A stretch of 64,000 nt of DNA from Styela clava (Eukaryota), in assembly GCF_964204865.1 (NCBI RefSeq), contig NC_135261.1, forward strand, positions 9,796,001 through 9,860,000, in the 5' to 3' direction. The notes under the pieces are model-generated. The model made no database searches and had not been told where the DNA came from. It saw only the letters and a program-made list of their open reading frames with translations. A program made the position numbers and the translations under genes. Shown here one piece after another: positions 1 through 13,804 of the stretch; within the stretch, counting starts at the first letter, position 1, and each line of letters opens with the position of its first letter.

Positions 1-964
1 ACATGAAATCATTATAAAGACAAGAGGGGAATGCCCAAATTTTTGGACAAGAAGATCAAAACGAAATATTTCACCTCCAAAATCATACGGTATCCTGAAC
101 GAACAATTGTATTCTAACGCTTACCGGTAGCAGTGTTTGACTCGATACGCTGACGTAGGGTTACCATATCTGGAAAGACAAAATCCCTGACAAAATTTTA
201 ATGAGCCACGTTGACCAATTTTGCAACCAAAACACTTATACTGTACAGTTTTATTGTATAAATTCACGATGTATCCAAAGGCACAATATGCCGTCGCTTT
301 CGCGTGAGAATAGAATAAATTCTGAACAAAACGAAAGGGGCAAAATTGTTGCTTAATCTTTAGCACTAGTGACTAACTGAACCCCAGAGCGGAATAAAGT
401 GCAGGTAGTGCAAGTAAATTTATCTATTACAAAATGCCGGCAATTCAGGTCATACGTGACATACTAGTTATGCAACGCAATCCGTGTTGCACAAATATTC
501 TTTCGTGTGACATAGCTCTGATTTCGTGGATGCGCAATATCTGAACTCGAGCATCTGTAGTAGGGATTCACTGTATTCGAAAACCCCTTACATTTAAGCA
601 ATTTTTTAACATTTCTCCCTGTGGCAAATTTGATCACTAAAATCCCGTACATGTCAGGGAAAAATTTGTTGTATGGCAACCCTACTCTAACTAGCCCAAT
701 GATAATTTGAATCAATGATGCATGAAGGAACACGTGCAGTCATAAACGTCACAATGTCAAAAAAAATTGTTATGTGTCTTGTAGGATCGAAGAAGAGATC
801 GAGTGCTCCGCAGTAAAACAATAAATACTATTAGATATTTACATATATATATATATCATTCATTTTTGTATGAAACTGTGATAAAGAATCGGCCAGTTTT
901 AACCACTAAATACTACAGTAAATTATCAAATATTTTGCCTATTCAGTAGTCTACTCTGTTCGAA

Positions 965-3900
965 ATGGGCAAGCCAGGAATGAACTTGAATTTAGGAGCT
1001 TCTAGGAAAACTAAACCGACTGAATATACTTCTTCCATGAAGAAAAGGAGAAGAGCATCGCAGGCGAAACACAGGTAGGCTATAAATAAAATATACCCCT
1101 ATCCTGTGCATACGGTAATCTAACTCTAAGGTAAAAACGGATGATTACAAAGCATGACAAGATGGTAAAACAAGGGTTCTCGGCCAAGCCTCGAAGCCTA
1201 AGTAAGTCCATTGTAACGTGGTAAATGTAAAACTAAAAGAACTAGAGGTAAATCTATCGGCATCCTATTCTCAAACCTTTTTTACTGTACAAGCGGGAAA
1301 GTGCCGGCAGTCGAAGTCCTACGCTATTGCCGAATTTCTCAGAGTCAACTTTTTTCACGCTGATTTATGGGAAAATATCGCTGACAGCATTGTTAACAAG
1401 TCAACTACTCATACTTATTTTTCATTACTACAATTTTTTTAGATTGAATGTTGCAACATGCTATCAAAAATTAAGAATGTCGATACCAGGTGTAAATAAT
1501 GATCATTGCAACAAAAGGTAGACCACATAATTTTAAATTTTAGTGGATAAAATTTTTGAGAATTGAATGTTTTCTGATTTACCATACAGTAGAAGCAACC
1601 GTTGTTTGAATAAAGCTGATTTATTATATCGAGCAAAGGAATACATAGTTCATCTTGAGAAGTCTATGGAGAAATTATTGAATCTGAAAGGACAAATGAC
1701 GCCATCACTCGACCATGGAAGTGAACGCGATGACGAAATTTTAACAAATGAAATTTCTAACTTCAAAAGAATGGATCAATTCAAGGATCATTTCGCGTCA
1801 ACGTAAGTTTATCATTTGAATCATGTCTACAACTTTATCATAACTAATATGACTGGGCGATTGTGCCAAGCGTTAGGAACACGCATGTCATCGCACCCCT
1901 GCTTACGCGGACTCATATCACGCGGGGTATAACTATGTCCAATTGGTTAACTATTTCAATATATCTTACTTGGACTGGTGACCTGGGTTCGTCAATCGTC
2001 ATACCATTAAACCGTCATATCGAATTTCCCCATCCCCGAGATGGTTATGAAAATCTGATCCTGGTGTATTTCTTATTGCGTTTTTGCATAAAAATTGTGA
2101 TTTAAGTATTTTTTCCATCGATTTTCCAATGTTATTCTTAAGTGTTTATACATACTTTTATAGCTTTCAAGTTGATCGGAATGCAGCGTCATACTTGTAC
2201 CATTCAGCAGAAACGAGAAGTACTTTGAAGCATCAGATTTTGAGGTGAATTACTGTATTTTATATATATTTAATATACACGGAATTAATTATGCATATTT
2301 ACATTTACTATGGCATATAGTAATTATACATGTCCCATCTCATAGGATTCCCATTGGAATAAATATCAATAAAAATTGTTTAATTTAGGTTTAGCGTATA
2401 CTAAATAGGACTACATGTAAAAAGAGACATGTAAAATAACAAAATTTACGAATTTCGGTAATCATAACTATTGTACATGTGTCCATCAGCCCCTTCATGA
2501 AGTATATTGTTATTGCTTTATATGTTTTGCTCTTTATAACTAACAAGAGAGCTATGCTCAAATATATGGTCAGGAAGTCCATAACGAAATGTCTTAACAT
2601 CATTTCCCCGAAAATCATACGGTTTTCGTGTTCTACGTGTCTCATGGGAAATACATATGTGTGCTATCCCATCCCATGGACAAGCCTGCGATTATTCTTG
2701 CTTGCTAGAGTAAAATAATATTTTATGTGTGATATAACTTAAATTCAACTTCAAGTATGCGATAGAATTTAATACAATTTAAGAAAAATATCTTTCATTC
2801 AAACTTCTATTTCAGTCATCGCACTAAGACTTCTATGGTTACTGTTGGAGAGAAAGATAGAAATTTGAATCATTGTCACGTACAAAAGGAAACTTTGCTA
2901 ACAGAAAGTCAGTCACCAACAGCAAAATCTAAGTAAGTTGAAAGGAGATATTAGAATAATGCCGTAAAACAGTGTTCCCTATTTTTTGAGCGATCCAAAT
3001 TAAAAAGAAATTGGTGAAATCATGCGACCCAATAATATGCTCAAACACTGAAATACAGCTAGTGCCTTAATTAGGGCCGCAAAGTTAAATTAATAAACTA
3101 TCACAAAACAATAATTTTCCAATGAAATTTATTTCAGCAAAAATGACTTCAATGTTGCACTAATGTAAAAGCTGAGTTTGTTTTTTATCAGCGTGCAGTG
3201 ATTTTATTTAAGCATAGCAAAATAGATGCCGCTAAGTGTTTATGTCGCGATACTCCTCACATGTATACAATTATAAGCAGCAGTGCAATACAAAATACAC
3301 ACTGAAATTTACCTGAAAATAAAATCGGTAATCTGTAGGATTTCGTTAAAAAAAACTCTACCGACACGCCACCTTATATCATGAGTTCACTGCATAAAAT
3401 TTCAGTAAACTGACGAATTTTAAGTAAATATGGCGGTTATTGGACACGAGGTGGGCATATACATCGATTTGTTATTATGTTGTTCTCCTTGTTTGGATCT
3501 TTTCAGTTATTGCTGGATCAATCACTTTGTATTTTTCAGTGGTTAAAGAGTGTTGTTGTCGCTATAAGGCTATTACTTTTATTCATTTCAAAATTTTCTG
3601 TGGGCTCTATGATTATGGGATTCTTTTTTGTGTGCGATGGCATCATCAAAATTGAAAATTAAGCACATTGTGTCGGTTCCGCGTTCACCTTTGTTGCTAG
3701 CTGGCAGTCAGTCAAAATATATATATATATATATATATTCATTCCTAATACCGTTCATTTTATATGCAGGGGGTCATCCCAACAAAGTGATGATTTAGGT
3801 TTTGTGTCAGCGGAGGGCGGAAGTCAAGATCAACACCATAGTAATAATATTAATAAAAAGATATCACAATCATCAACTCAACAGCACTGGAATGGGTGTT

Positions 3901-6208
3901 GTATGCCTCAGTGTAACGTACAGGTGTTTAGAATAATAATATAAAAATAATTGAATTTTGGGTCTCCCTTAGTATGCGTACCAGCTTATGGTTAGGTCAT
4001 AATTTTATTCCGATTTTCCTTATTTTATTTTTATTACGAGTTCGGGGACTGTTTGTGTTAGCCAAGTGAATATACCCCCGCTCAAAGACTTTTGCCCCTT
4101 TACACAACTTGATGGCAAGATGGCAAGAATACTTCCGAGTAGAAGTAGACAATTTTGCAGTGAGGAGTTTTATTTAATTGTAATTATCCATCGGAAAAAT
4201 ACATTTATTTCACGAATTAATGAACCATTTCATTGTAAGATAATAAAGTCACGCGCACTCACTCAGGAGTAAACAAGACCTATCTCTGAGTAAAGTTTAA
4301 TTCTCAAAAGCTATTGAAACTACAGGGCGAACCCAAATAGGTATACAGTATTTTAATAACCTAATAAACGTTAACCTATATTTGGGACACTGTGGTTTAT
4401 GGTGGTGCATTGAACGCAATTGAGGCGCAATTTGAAGGAGCTTTATTGAATACAATGAGAAAAACGTTGTCGAGGTAGTGAATTCCAATTGAGTTCTTAA
4501 AAACAGCTTGGCCAAATTTTAGTTGTATGGACCAGAAGTGTGCAACCTTTATTACAGGAGTGCCGGATCTAAATAACTGGGTGAAACCGTGGGCCGCAAC
4601 TTTATTTAACGTACGCTTTCTGGTAGTTGCAAGCACAATACTTTTGTTTATCAATCCTATGACATGGGTTTTGCGAATTGTACAAGTTAGCTGTTGTGGC
4701 ATTGTAACGTCATTGACATAGATAATAAATTGGACTCGGGTATAGGATTTGTCACGCAAAGGGATTGAAATTACTCGCACCGTTTAAAATTTGACCCTCA
4801 GGTTGCACACCCAAAGAATTCACTGAGAGTAACGTATAGGACTTAACAGTCTATCAGTACTGCTAAATTTAACAGCATTCTATTTCCAGGGTGCTCCTGG
4901 TTCGATTCACACATTCGGGAGTCCGTTTGTTCATTATCCAGCGACAGTTTTTAACACGTTTCCCGATTGTGGTTTCATGGATCCGTCTAATTTTTATTTT
5001 TACGTTCCAACTGCCGGATATCCGAGACAATTTTATACATCTCTTGATGATCACCACTCTTATTTGGCTAATGGAATACCGCCCATGCATGCGACTTATA
5101 ATATGCCAGGTAATTGTGGAATAATTTATATCAGATTAGATTCGTCGAAGAATAGTCAATTCTCTGGTGTTCGTATGATTCGATTTAAAAATAGAGATGA
5201 ATATAAAAAATTCTTATTATTGGAAAACATGTTTTGGGAACAAAATTTGTATTCTATAAATTCAGGACAGTTTCTCAACACCAGTTCTCTTGTTGGACAA
5301 ACTGGTAGCTTCGTGGCCGGCGCTGAACAAGCAACAACATCATATCAAAATATTATATTTGATGATATGAAGAAAAATCAAGATTCACAAATGAATATTG
5401 AAAGTGTTGTCGTCAAAAATCCATCAGCATTTATTGAAGAATTAAATACATCAAAACAGGAGAATAAGATTGAGGTGATTCGCGAAAATTCCATAAATAT
5501 TTTGGACTTTTCGTTAATAAATCGATATGGTTTAGTCATGGCTCCGTACCCTGGACCTGTTGAGCCAAGATAACAATATTAGGCGGAGGTGGAGCTACCA
5601 GGAATAAAATGTGAAAGCTTTATATTATAGTTTTGAGTCCCGCTCCTACAAAACTGTATTTGGGCTGAAATTTCATGACCATTGGCATATTGAAAACTTC
5701 AATGACTCCGGAATTGAAGCTGAAGCCATTCCAGTCCTGATTTCAGCATCTCTTGGTCTCCCTTGGCTTTTCTCTAAGATAAGTCATCTTTACTTCGGCT
5801 TTTGGGCAAATTCACTTGAAAATGTATTTATATTTGATTCACGAAACATAATAACTTATTGCAGCACAAAGACGATATCGCCGGAGAAAAAGAACTGACA
5901 GTCGAATATGAATATAGTGAAGCCGATGGAACGTTGGACCCACCAAGAATATGTTTAAAGAGTAAAGGTACAGTATTCGTTTAATTTCCACACAAACAAA
6001 ATTGCACTTCTGTACAATGACGTCATCAAAAATTAGGAATTGCAAACCTTTTTTGTGTTAGTATTTGATGTTTTAAATGTTTCATCAATGAAATATTGTA
6101 TGGTCCTTTATTTAGTAAATATTAATAATTTATATTTCCCAGAATCATGTCATGAAGAAGAAACACGATCTTCTCCTCGTACAATTATCGTCGTCGAAAA
6201 AACAGTAA
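965..6208 (+). CDS. STRA8-like bHLH protein, 8 predicted exons (965-1074, 1443-1517, 1590-1802, 2816-2932, 3770-3923, 4890-5109, 5266-5474, 6143-6208), about 387 aa
   Basis: Phase-consistent GT-AG exons give ...SSMKKRRRASQAKHRLNVATCYQKLRMSIP...LNKADLLYRAKEYIVHLEKSMEKLLNLKG...RMDQFKDHFAS. This is a clear bHLH that lines up with vertebrate STRA8 as I recall it (RRRLSQARHRATLAALFNNLR...KAKSHIPELEQTLDNLLKLK). AATAAA at 6548. The true start and the last exon are less certain; an alternative frame in the last exon ends at 6255. Confidence 0.72.
2330..2690. mobile_element. Partial MITE copy (CCCATCCCATGGGA family)
   Basis: Closely similar to the TIR-bounded copy at 18768-19172; ends GACAAGCCTG. Lies in intron 3 of the bHLH gene. 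Confidence 0.7.
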
Positions 6209-7761
6209 CAAGAACAAATGAAGACGAGGGAATTTCCGTGTTATCAGACAGCTAGTTCTTTTTCTTGCTGATTCTGGATAGAAACTTCAGTTTGCTGTGT
6301 AGTTTTAGGAGTTTAGGATATATCCAAGTAGTACGGAAATACGAGGAAAATTTTTAATGAATGTTTTATACTTTTCCTCTTAACAAGGTATCATTGGAAC
6401 GTTAGCAGTCAGTTTGTTTTAAAAGAGATGTGTTTTTTTGTTTGTTTGGTATTTACATTCTGGGTGAAGTAATAGACATGGGTTTTTACGTTTATATTTC
6501 AGATTATCGACACTACACGTTTAGATTCAACTTGCTATAAAGCTTTGAATAAAATTATTCCAAAGCATGATTTTTTTGTACCAAGCTATAAAGTGTGCTT
6601 CGACAAAGTTACACTGAGATGCTGGTAAATTTACCGCATTTTTGTGCTACCCCATCGCACTTTACGTTCTGGCTATAAAGAACAGAGCTACAATTGTGCT
6701 CGCTTTTTTCTACAAGAACCATTTTCTATTTTGGACCTAAAAAAGGAAATAAACTAACGCATAACGTAGATCATGTTTACTAATTTAAAAATCAATACAA
6801 AAAATCCCAGACGACATAGGAATCCGTAATGGATTTGAACACGCTTGAAAGAGCGTTTGGGAGAGTAAATTATGTTTAATGAAACGTGCAAAAGTTTGTT
6901 TAAATTTTTTTCTTTCTCTTAGGTTTTTTTTATTATATTTTTGAATTGGCGTGATGGATCAATTTAATTAATTTGACTCGAGAGACAGTGCGTCAGTTGT
7001 TTTTATTTTATATAATTTCATTTTTGTCAATTTTATTAGGTCTTTCATCTTTTCGTTAAATAATAAAGGTAAAATGAAAAATTTTGTGATGGGTGTTTCA
7101 AGACAGTTTGAAACTCACACTCTTGTTCTCTATGCCAGGGGTGTGCAATCTAAAATTCAGGAAGGCCAGATATAAATAACTGGGTGAAACCGCGGGCGTA
7201 CCTTAACATAGGCTATCTAGTAGTTGCAGACACACAGATTTTGGTTATTGATCTTGTGACATGTGTTGTTTGCACAAGCGAGCTGTTAAGGCATTATATA
7301 GGCATAGATAATAAATTTCACGTAGGTATAGGCTTCGCAAAGAAAGGGATTGAAATTACTCACGCGTACCAAATTAAATTAAAAACTAGTTTCGCCGGCA
7401 CACATCATTCATCAAAAAAATCTGACGTGCAATCTTTTTCACTCACGCGCAAAAGCTGGTATACCTCGTCCAAAAAAATCGATTTAATTCCTGACAAATT
7501 CCCAAGTGAATACTCGAGGAGATTATATAAGCTTCAAGTAATGATTGAATCTTGGCCATGAAATTAATTGATTCAGAAAATTGGTCAGTGAAAAAAGAGT
7601 TGTTGTCAAGAGCAGTTGTTTGGTAAAGAAACTTGTTTCTCATTTTCTAACAATGGTTTCAAGTAATGGATTTGTATTAGTCTCAGCTGTGCGTAGCCTG
7701 GTGTAGCAGATATATTAGATACCGTGCATGAAAGTAAAGGAATATAAAGTAATAATATTGG

Positions 7762-10700
7762 ATGAATCAGATTCGCAAACTTTCCAGAATGGTCGTTTTC
7801 TGGATAAGTTTGTCTGTTTTCGTTTGTGCATTTTCTACGGGTGAGTAACTAAAATTTATACATATATAATATATATATATATATATATTGCAAGAAAAAT
7901 TACATTACGTGACTGTTTAGAATTCAGCATTGAATACCATTATTGTATTTCGTATGTAGGCTATCGTAACTTTTACTTTACTATACCAACTTGTGATTTA
8001 CAACTTAGATATACTCAAATATATATGTATTGCTTTCTCAATATATATATATATTACCGTAACTGTTTTAGTTCACTACATAGCAAGTGTCCAAAAGTAT
8101 TTATCAGTCTTGTTCTGAGCTTTCACCTAGGATTAAAACAAATACCGTGATATTCAATCGGATTTATAAACTACAACATGTGTGGTTGATAGTCTGCGTC
8201 CCTCTCAGATGACAATTATAAGTGAGTCTAGATATGTACGCTATATATATGTATACAGTAGCGGTTAATCCGGTTACCATGACCCCAATCGGAGCCTAAT
8301 ATTCTTCTGCGAATGAGCAATAAACAAGAAGAAATGCATATTATGTTTTCAGCATAATTTATGTATAATTTTCGAATCCTAATCCTAATGTATGCAGCTT
8401 TCCATAATACACATTTTGATCTTCTATTACAGCCAACGCGTCATATCGTACGGAGGAAGCTTTACATCAACATTTATTTGGACGAGGATACAACAAAAAT
8501 ATTCTCCCCACACAGAGGTCGCACGAATTTATCAATGTTTTCCTGGGAATATCCGTTAATCAAATAGTTGATTTGGATGAACAAAGACTAATGATGACAA
8601 CCAGTTTGTGGGTCGACCAGGTATCATGTTGATTATACGTTGATCGCACATTATCTATGAGGCATTTAAAATGTCTCAAATTTATAAATAAAATCATTTC
8701 TGAATATTTATTCATATGGTAATATACTAAATTATTTGGTTCAAATACGATACCTGACAAAAATCAGTTCAAGGACAAAGACTCTCGGCCAAACAGTTGG
8801 GATAAAGAAACGTCATATATATATATAGTCGATTATTCGATATTTATTGGAATTATACCAGATTTAAACATTGATACTAATATCGCTCGCTCTCATAATA
8901 GTTCTTTGCGTTCATTTACTCAAAATGACGCTATGAAGTGTGGGTTATCATACATTGTAATTTCATCTTATATTCTAGTCTTGGCAGGATATTTTTCTTC
9001 GTTGGAATCCTGAAGAGTTTGATAATATCACAAGTACAAGAATTCCATCAGATTTCATCTGGATTCCTGGTATTGTACTCATGGAAAAGTATGAATTTTG
9101 TCTATCACTTTTGTTACCATCCATCGCATACTTGATCACCATTGTTCAATTTGCTAAAAATTTGGTTTTTGAAAAATACGATACGATAAAAAACTTGGTT
9201 GTTTTTCGGAAGATGCAGAAGTACCAATTAAATCTTTTTGCATTCATCATTCGATCCCCAGATTATATAACTTCTACCTCATGACGTCGCAAATTGAACT
9301 AAATTGTTGGACGCAAAGTGAACTCATAGATCATTATGCTAATTTGTTGTTATTATTGTAAAACACCGCTTTTCTGAGCAAATACTGGACAAATTGATTT
9401 CAAATTTTCATTATTGAAGAAGTCGCTAGAGAGATAATTTTTTCGGATCGTACGGGGACGAAATTCAATCCAAAATTTTGTTGATTTATCAACCGCAACA
9501 CAGCATCCACAATCCTTCATATGACATCTGGTACAACTATTTTCAAATCTGGCAGGAAATTTTCTGATAACACAGTATTTGAGTATTGTTTTTTCTCTTT
9601 TTACTGTACCTATTCATTCAGGGTTTTGTCTTTCCCATAAAACTTATGATCTGGTTGAATAAACGAAATGAATAAGTGAAACATTGCTCACAGTTGTACA
9701 CGCTTTTGCCAATTTACACGTATCACTTCTACGTACTCCTTTTTCATTTCAGTGCGGACGGTAATTTCACCTCTTCTCATCCAACTAAGGCAGTCATACG
9801 TTACGATGGTTTGGTGCAATGGAGTCCACCTGCAGTATATAAAAGCACTTGTGCAATAGACGCAACCTTCTTTCCATTTGATATGCAAAATTGTACAATG
9901 AAATTTGGTGAGTTATTGCACCAATTTGGACGTTAGAGGATTTGTATAATGAATTACGGGACTTTTGCCTGTTGCCCAGCTTCGATAACATCCATATCTG
10001 TAGTGGTACTAAGTTTTCGTGATAGTCCGATTCATGGAATCAAAATCTTTTTATCTTAAGTTATCTTAATTATCTTTAAGTTATCTTGTTTGCAGTCGAC
10101 TCAAACCGAGCGTTTGAAATACCCAAAGTTGGCTGATTTACTTTGTTTTGAACTGAAAACTGTGTTTTCTCTTCCACATTGGTCGTTTTAGAAACTAAAT
10201 AACCAACCGATTGATACTTACATGTTTATTATGACAATTATATGTTAATTATGTAACAGCATCGTGGTCATACGACGCAAGACAAGTGAGACTTTATGCA
10301 TCAGAAAAAGCTGTAAGTTGCATTTTCATTTTATATCTGCATATGTTTGGTTGGTAATTTGTCTCAGTGATTTGAATAAATATTATTTCTAGACTTAAGA
10401 ATTTTAAATTGTTTATGAAAGATAATTTGAACTGAGAGCGTTAAACTATTCGTCCAATCTCAATTCGACTTATAATATCAAGTTATAACCAACTAAAAAG
10501 TCAAGTTGATACAACTTTTTTATGCTGACAAAACACAAACAAATAACATGCATTTATAGGTTAGTCTCAGAAAATTCACTCATAATGGAGAGTGGGATGT
10601 GGTTGATATACATGTCATCAATTCAGAAGGAGATAGCTTGTGAGTATCTGAAACCTTGATATCAATCTTGCCTCAATGATATACAATCGCAATTTTTTCT

Positions 10701-13253
10701 ATGTTTTAGGCTTAGTCACCATTAACATTATTTTAACAGACAAGAAGACGAGGAAAACTGGTCACACAGTATCTTCTCGCATCCTAAAGTAACTTATTGT
10801 TTTATATTGCGACGACTACCGCTCTTTTACTGTACATTTCTCATTGCTCCATGTCTTGGAATATCATTTCTTACATGTAAGTATCCATCGGTACTGAAAA
10901 CCACATTAGGATAATTAGCTCCGGCGTCGAACGTGGACAACGATCTTTTTACTAGGCAAAACTGGTGCCTATTATTCTATAGTAAGTTATAAATAGTAAT
11001 AAGTTGGAAAATCATAATTTAGTGCACATCAAATAATGCATTTAAATGAAAATTCGTGTTTACGTTCTCTGATTACTGACTCTAATAATAAACGAAACTA
11101 TATTTTTGAAGCTAAGTGCCGTATTATATTTAATTTAAATAATATGGGAATTTTAAGACAAATATTTTGTGCTTGGTCGTACAAGTAATTTTTACTTTTT
11201 CTGATTTTTTTACAGCTTTAGTCTTCTACCTACCCTCGGCCTCACAGGAAAAAATTACTTTATCTATCTCAGTTCTGCTGGCTCATATTTTCTATCTTCT
11301 TGTCATAACTGAAATAATGCCAGCATCGTCGAAGGATTTGCCATTACTTGCTGAATATCTTTTACTAAACATGATTTTTATCACTCTGTCTATTGTATTG
11401 ACGTCGGTGGTGTTGAATGTTCATTATCGATCTGAGACAAGTCACAGGTATGCTATCGTAAACTAACCAGCAATTCGTGTTAATTTGCAATTCAGCGTTG
11501 GTTTTCTGCAGCTCAATGAAACCTTGCAAGACAAAAAAAATTTGCTGTTTTACGGTTTTGCCATAACTTATAAAATAATTCATATACAACAACTTTTTAT
11601 GCTATGAATTTTTATTGATTTTCTTTGGTCGCTACATTGCAAAGTTGTCTCAAAGATATCCTATCCCACTTTCCCTGTTTCACATTCATCTGGATCTTCC
11701 ACATTTGTCACGCCCGTACCACTGTTATGAATTGGAAAAGATATGAAAAAACATAAGGAAAATGACTAGAGTAATATAAGTGGTATTCGAGGTATGTTAT
11801 GGGTTAGGATAAAAGATACAAAAGATAATGATGATGACGTAACAATGCCCAATAAGCGCTGTTGAAGATATTATTGTGGCGGACATCGTCCGGAGAATTG
11901 AATTCGTCGCCCCTTTCGCTTATCAAACGATTAATTGAACGATTTTGACAATCGTATCGAAATTTGGAATGGATTCAAATGTGGGGCTCTTTACCTGCTC
12001 TGGAGTAGTAGTACAAGTGTGCGTTGATTGGGACACGATATTTTTGAGACACCCACCTTGCACCACGTATTTTATTTTCACGGATTACGTATTTGGTAAA
12101 TCTCACCTTTTTGCAGAAGTTTACCGTCATTTATCCGCTCATTCGTTCTTGAGACGGTTCCTACTTTAATATGGATGGAAAAGCCTGACCTGACAATACT
12201 TAGAGGAACCTCATTGGAACAGAAAATGAAAAACGGCTTGCTGTTTAAGAAAGAAAATCTCATTATGTAATTTTACTTACGTTCAGTCTAGCGTTTGGCA
12301 AATAACATATCATAGCCAAATATTTTCACTAAACATTGGTATCTGTTCGCCAAAGTTAGACAGTGTTTATATATATATCAGAAATTATGAACAATACTTT
12401 ACGTAACTGTATGTCGCTGTTTCAGTGTACTAAGTTTCATGAAGAAAAATTAAAAATTGAATTTCATGTTCCCATCTTTTCAAGAAACTTAAATTGAAGC
12501 ATATACTGCATCAGATTGAATTGGTCAATATTAGCTTAAGGGTTTCAAAAGTATAACAGCACGAAAGTTTAAGACATTTGCGTATTTTCGTTTGTATATT
12601 TTTGGCCCAAGCATCGTTTAACTAGGTTTGTGTTTTGTGTCGATTTTTATTTGTGCTGATGAGCGGGCATATGATATCTTTCATGTTTTAAACTTTTTCA
12701 AATGAAGGCTGATGTTACGAGCTTCACTTGACAATGGTCGTAACCAAGGTTATCACATTTTAATCTTCACTATAGTCTTGTATCATATTCAATTAACAGT
12801 TTATATTTTATTTATGAAACATATAAATGTAAATTTCAGAGGGCGACATCTACTAAAAGAGCTAAGAAGATGTACAAAACTACCTGATAATCTTTGCACA
12901 CAGCTTGGCGGAACGATAGAAAGTGCGTTTTTCATTGCAGAAAAATTGAAACAAAAACTTCATCACCAACAGGTAAGTGATTGTGTGTTAGTTAGAATAC
13001 AATAATTTTTTTTTATATAAATCAAATTGGTTTAAGTAATTTCGCGATTTTCTTTTATCAGGAATCTGAGGAGTGGAGGTTCATCGCAAACGTGCTCGAT
13101 CGAGTATTCTTCATTTTATTTCTTACTGTGTCTGTATTGGGAGCCTTGATTTTGATTCTGCCGGCATGGTTTGATAAAAGCTATCTGTTGTATAAACAAA
13201 GAGAATTTGAGACAACGGAACATGGTATCGGTTTTGAGACAAATCTGCGCTAA
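7762..13253 (+). CDS. Cys-loop ligand-gated cation channel subunit, nAChR family, non-alpha type; 11 exons (7762-7840, 8433-8620, 8979-9088, 9753-9907, 10260-10312, 10560-10639, 10740-10876, 11216-11447, 12117-12266, 12840-12972, 13062-13253), 502 aa
   Basis: Exons total 1509 nt, in frame. Signal peptide, [17 protein letters not shown], Cys-loop [15 protein letters not shown], loop B SWSYD, RRLPLFY before M1, M2 [23 protein letters not shown]3 ending VLNVHYR, M4 [14 protein letters not shown]. No vicinal Cys pair in loop C. Confidence 0.93.
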
Positions 13254-13349
13254 AATAAATTTCCATTTTACACACTTGAGTTTTGTTTTTGTTAATGCCA
13301 CACTTTTTCGTGTAAATGCGACGTGCGTTCGACTTAACTACGATGATTA

Positions 13350-13610
13350 TCAAGGATTGTTAGGATTATACAAGATAAGATTTTACATATGTATTCCGGG
13401 GGAGAGGAAAGTCGATAAGACTGCTTAATCATATCGCGAACCACGGCTACTCGTCCGGTTCCCAGTCCATGTCCGGTATATATTTATTCAGCCAGATATT
13501 TGTTTTCGGACTTGATGGTGGAGGAAAACCAGCAGTGAAGATCTCTACGGCTAGAGGTGTACAGCCTTCTCTCGCACATAACTATTCCCATACGGGATTC
13601 GAAATAAATT
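13350..13610 (-). mobile_element. Probable tRNA-derived SINE remnant
   Basis: Minus strand begins with B-box-like TTCGAATCCC, has a GC-richer body containing GGTTTTCCTCCACCATCAAG and a short repetitive tail. Boundaries are approximate. Confidence 0.4.
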
Positions 13611-13804
13611 GCGTTGGCGATGGCTGACTAAGTTTGATACGATGTCCTACTTCCGTAGACCAAAACGTTATGACTGAGACTGATGTCCCCCTCATTTCGT
13701 GAATTTGCTGTTCGAGGGTTTATTTGTTGGAAATAAAGTCAGTTATGTTGCTAGATTCCAACACCTCTCTGTACGCGAACTTTGCCTACTGATTGCAGAG
13801 CCCG

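Noticed and set aside
441-462. Possible retinoic acid response element upstream of the STRA8-like gene (AGGTCA at 447)
   Set aside because: Only one good half-site with an imperfect inverted partner; no DR1/DR2/DR5 arrangement; expected by chance.
2391-2718. Overlapping ORFs here and at 18694-19279
   Set aside because: Chance ORFs inside two copies of the same non-coding MITE.
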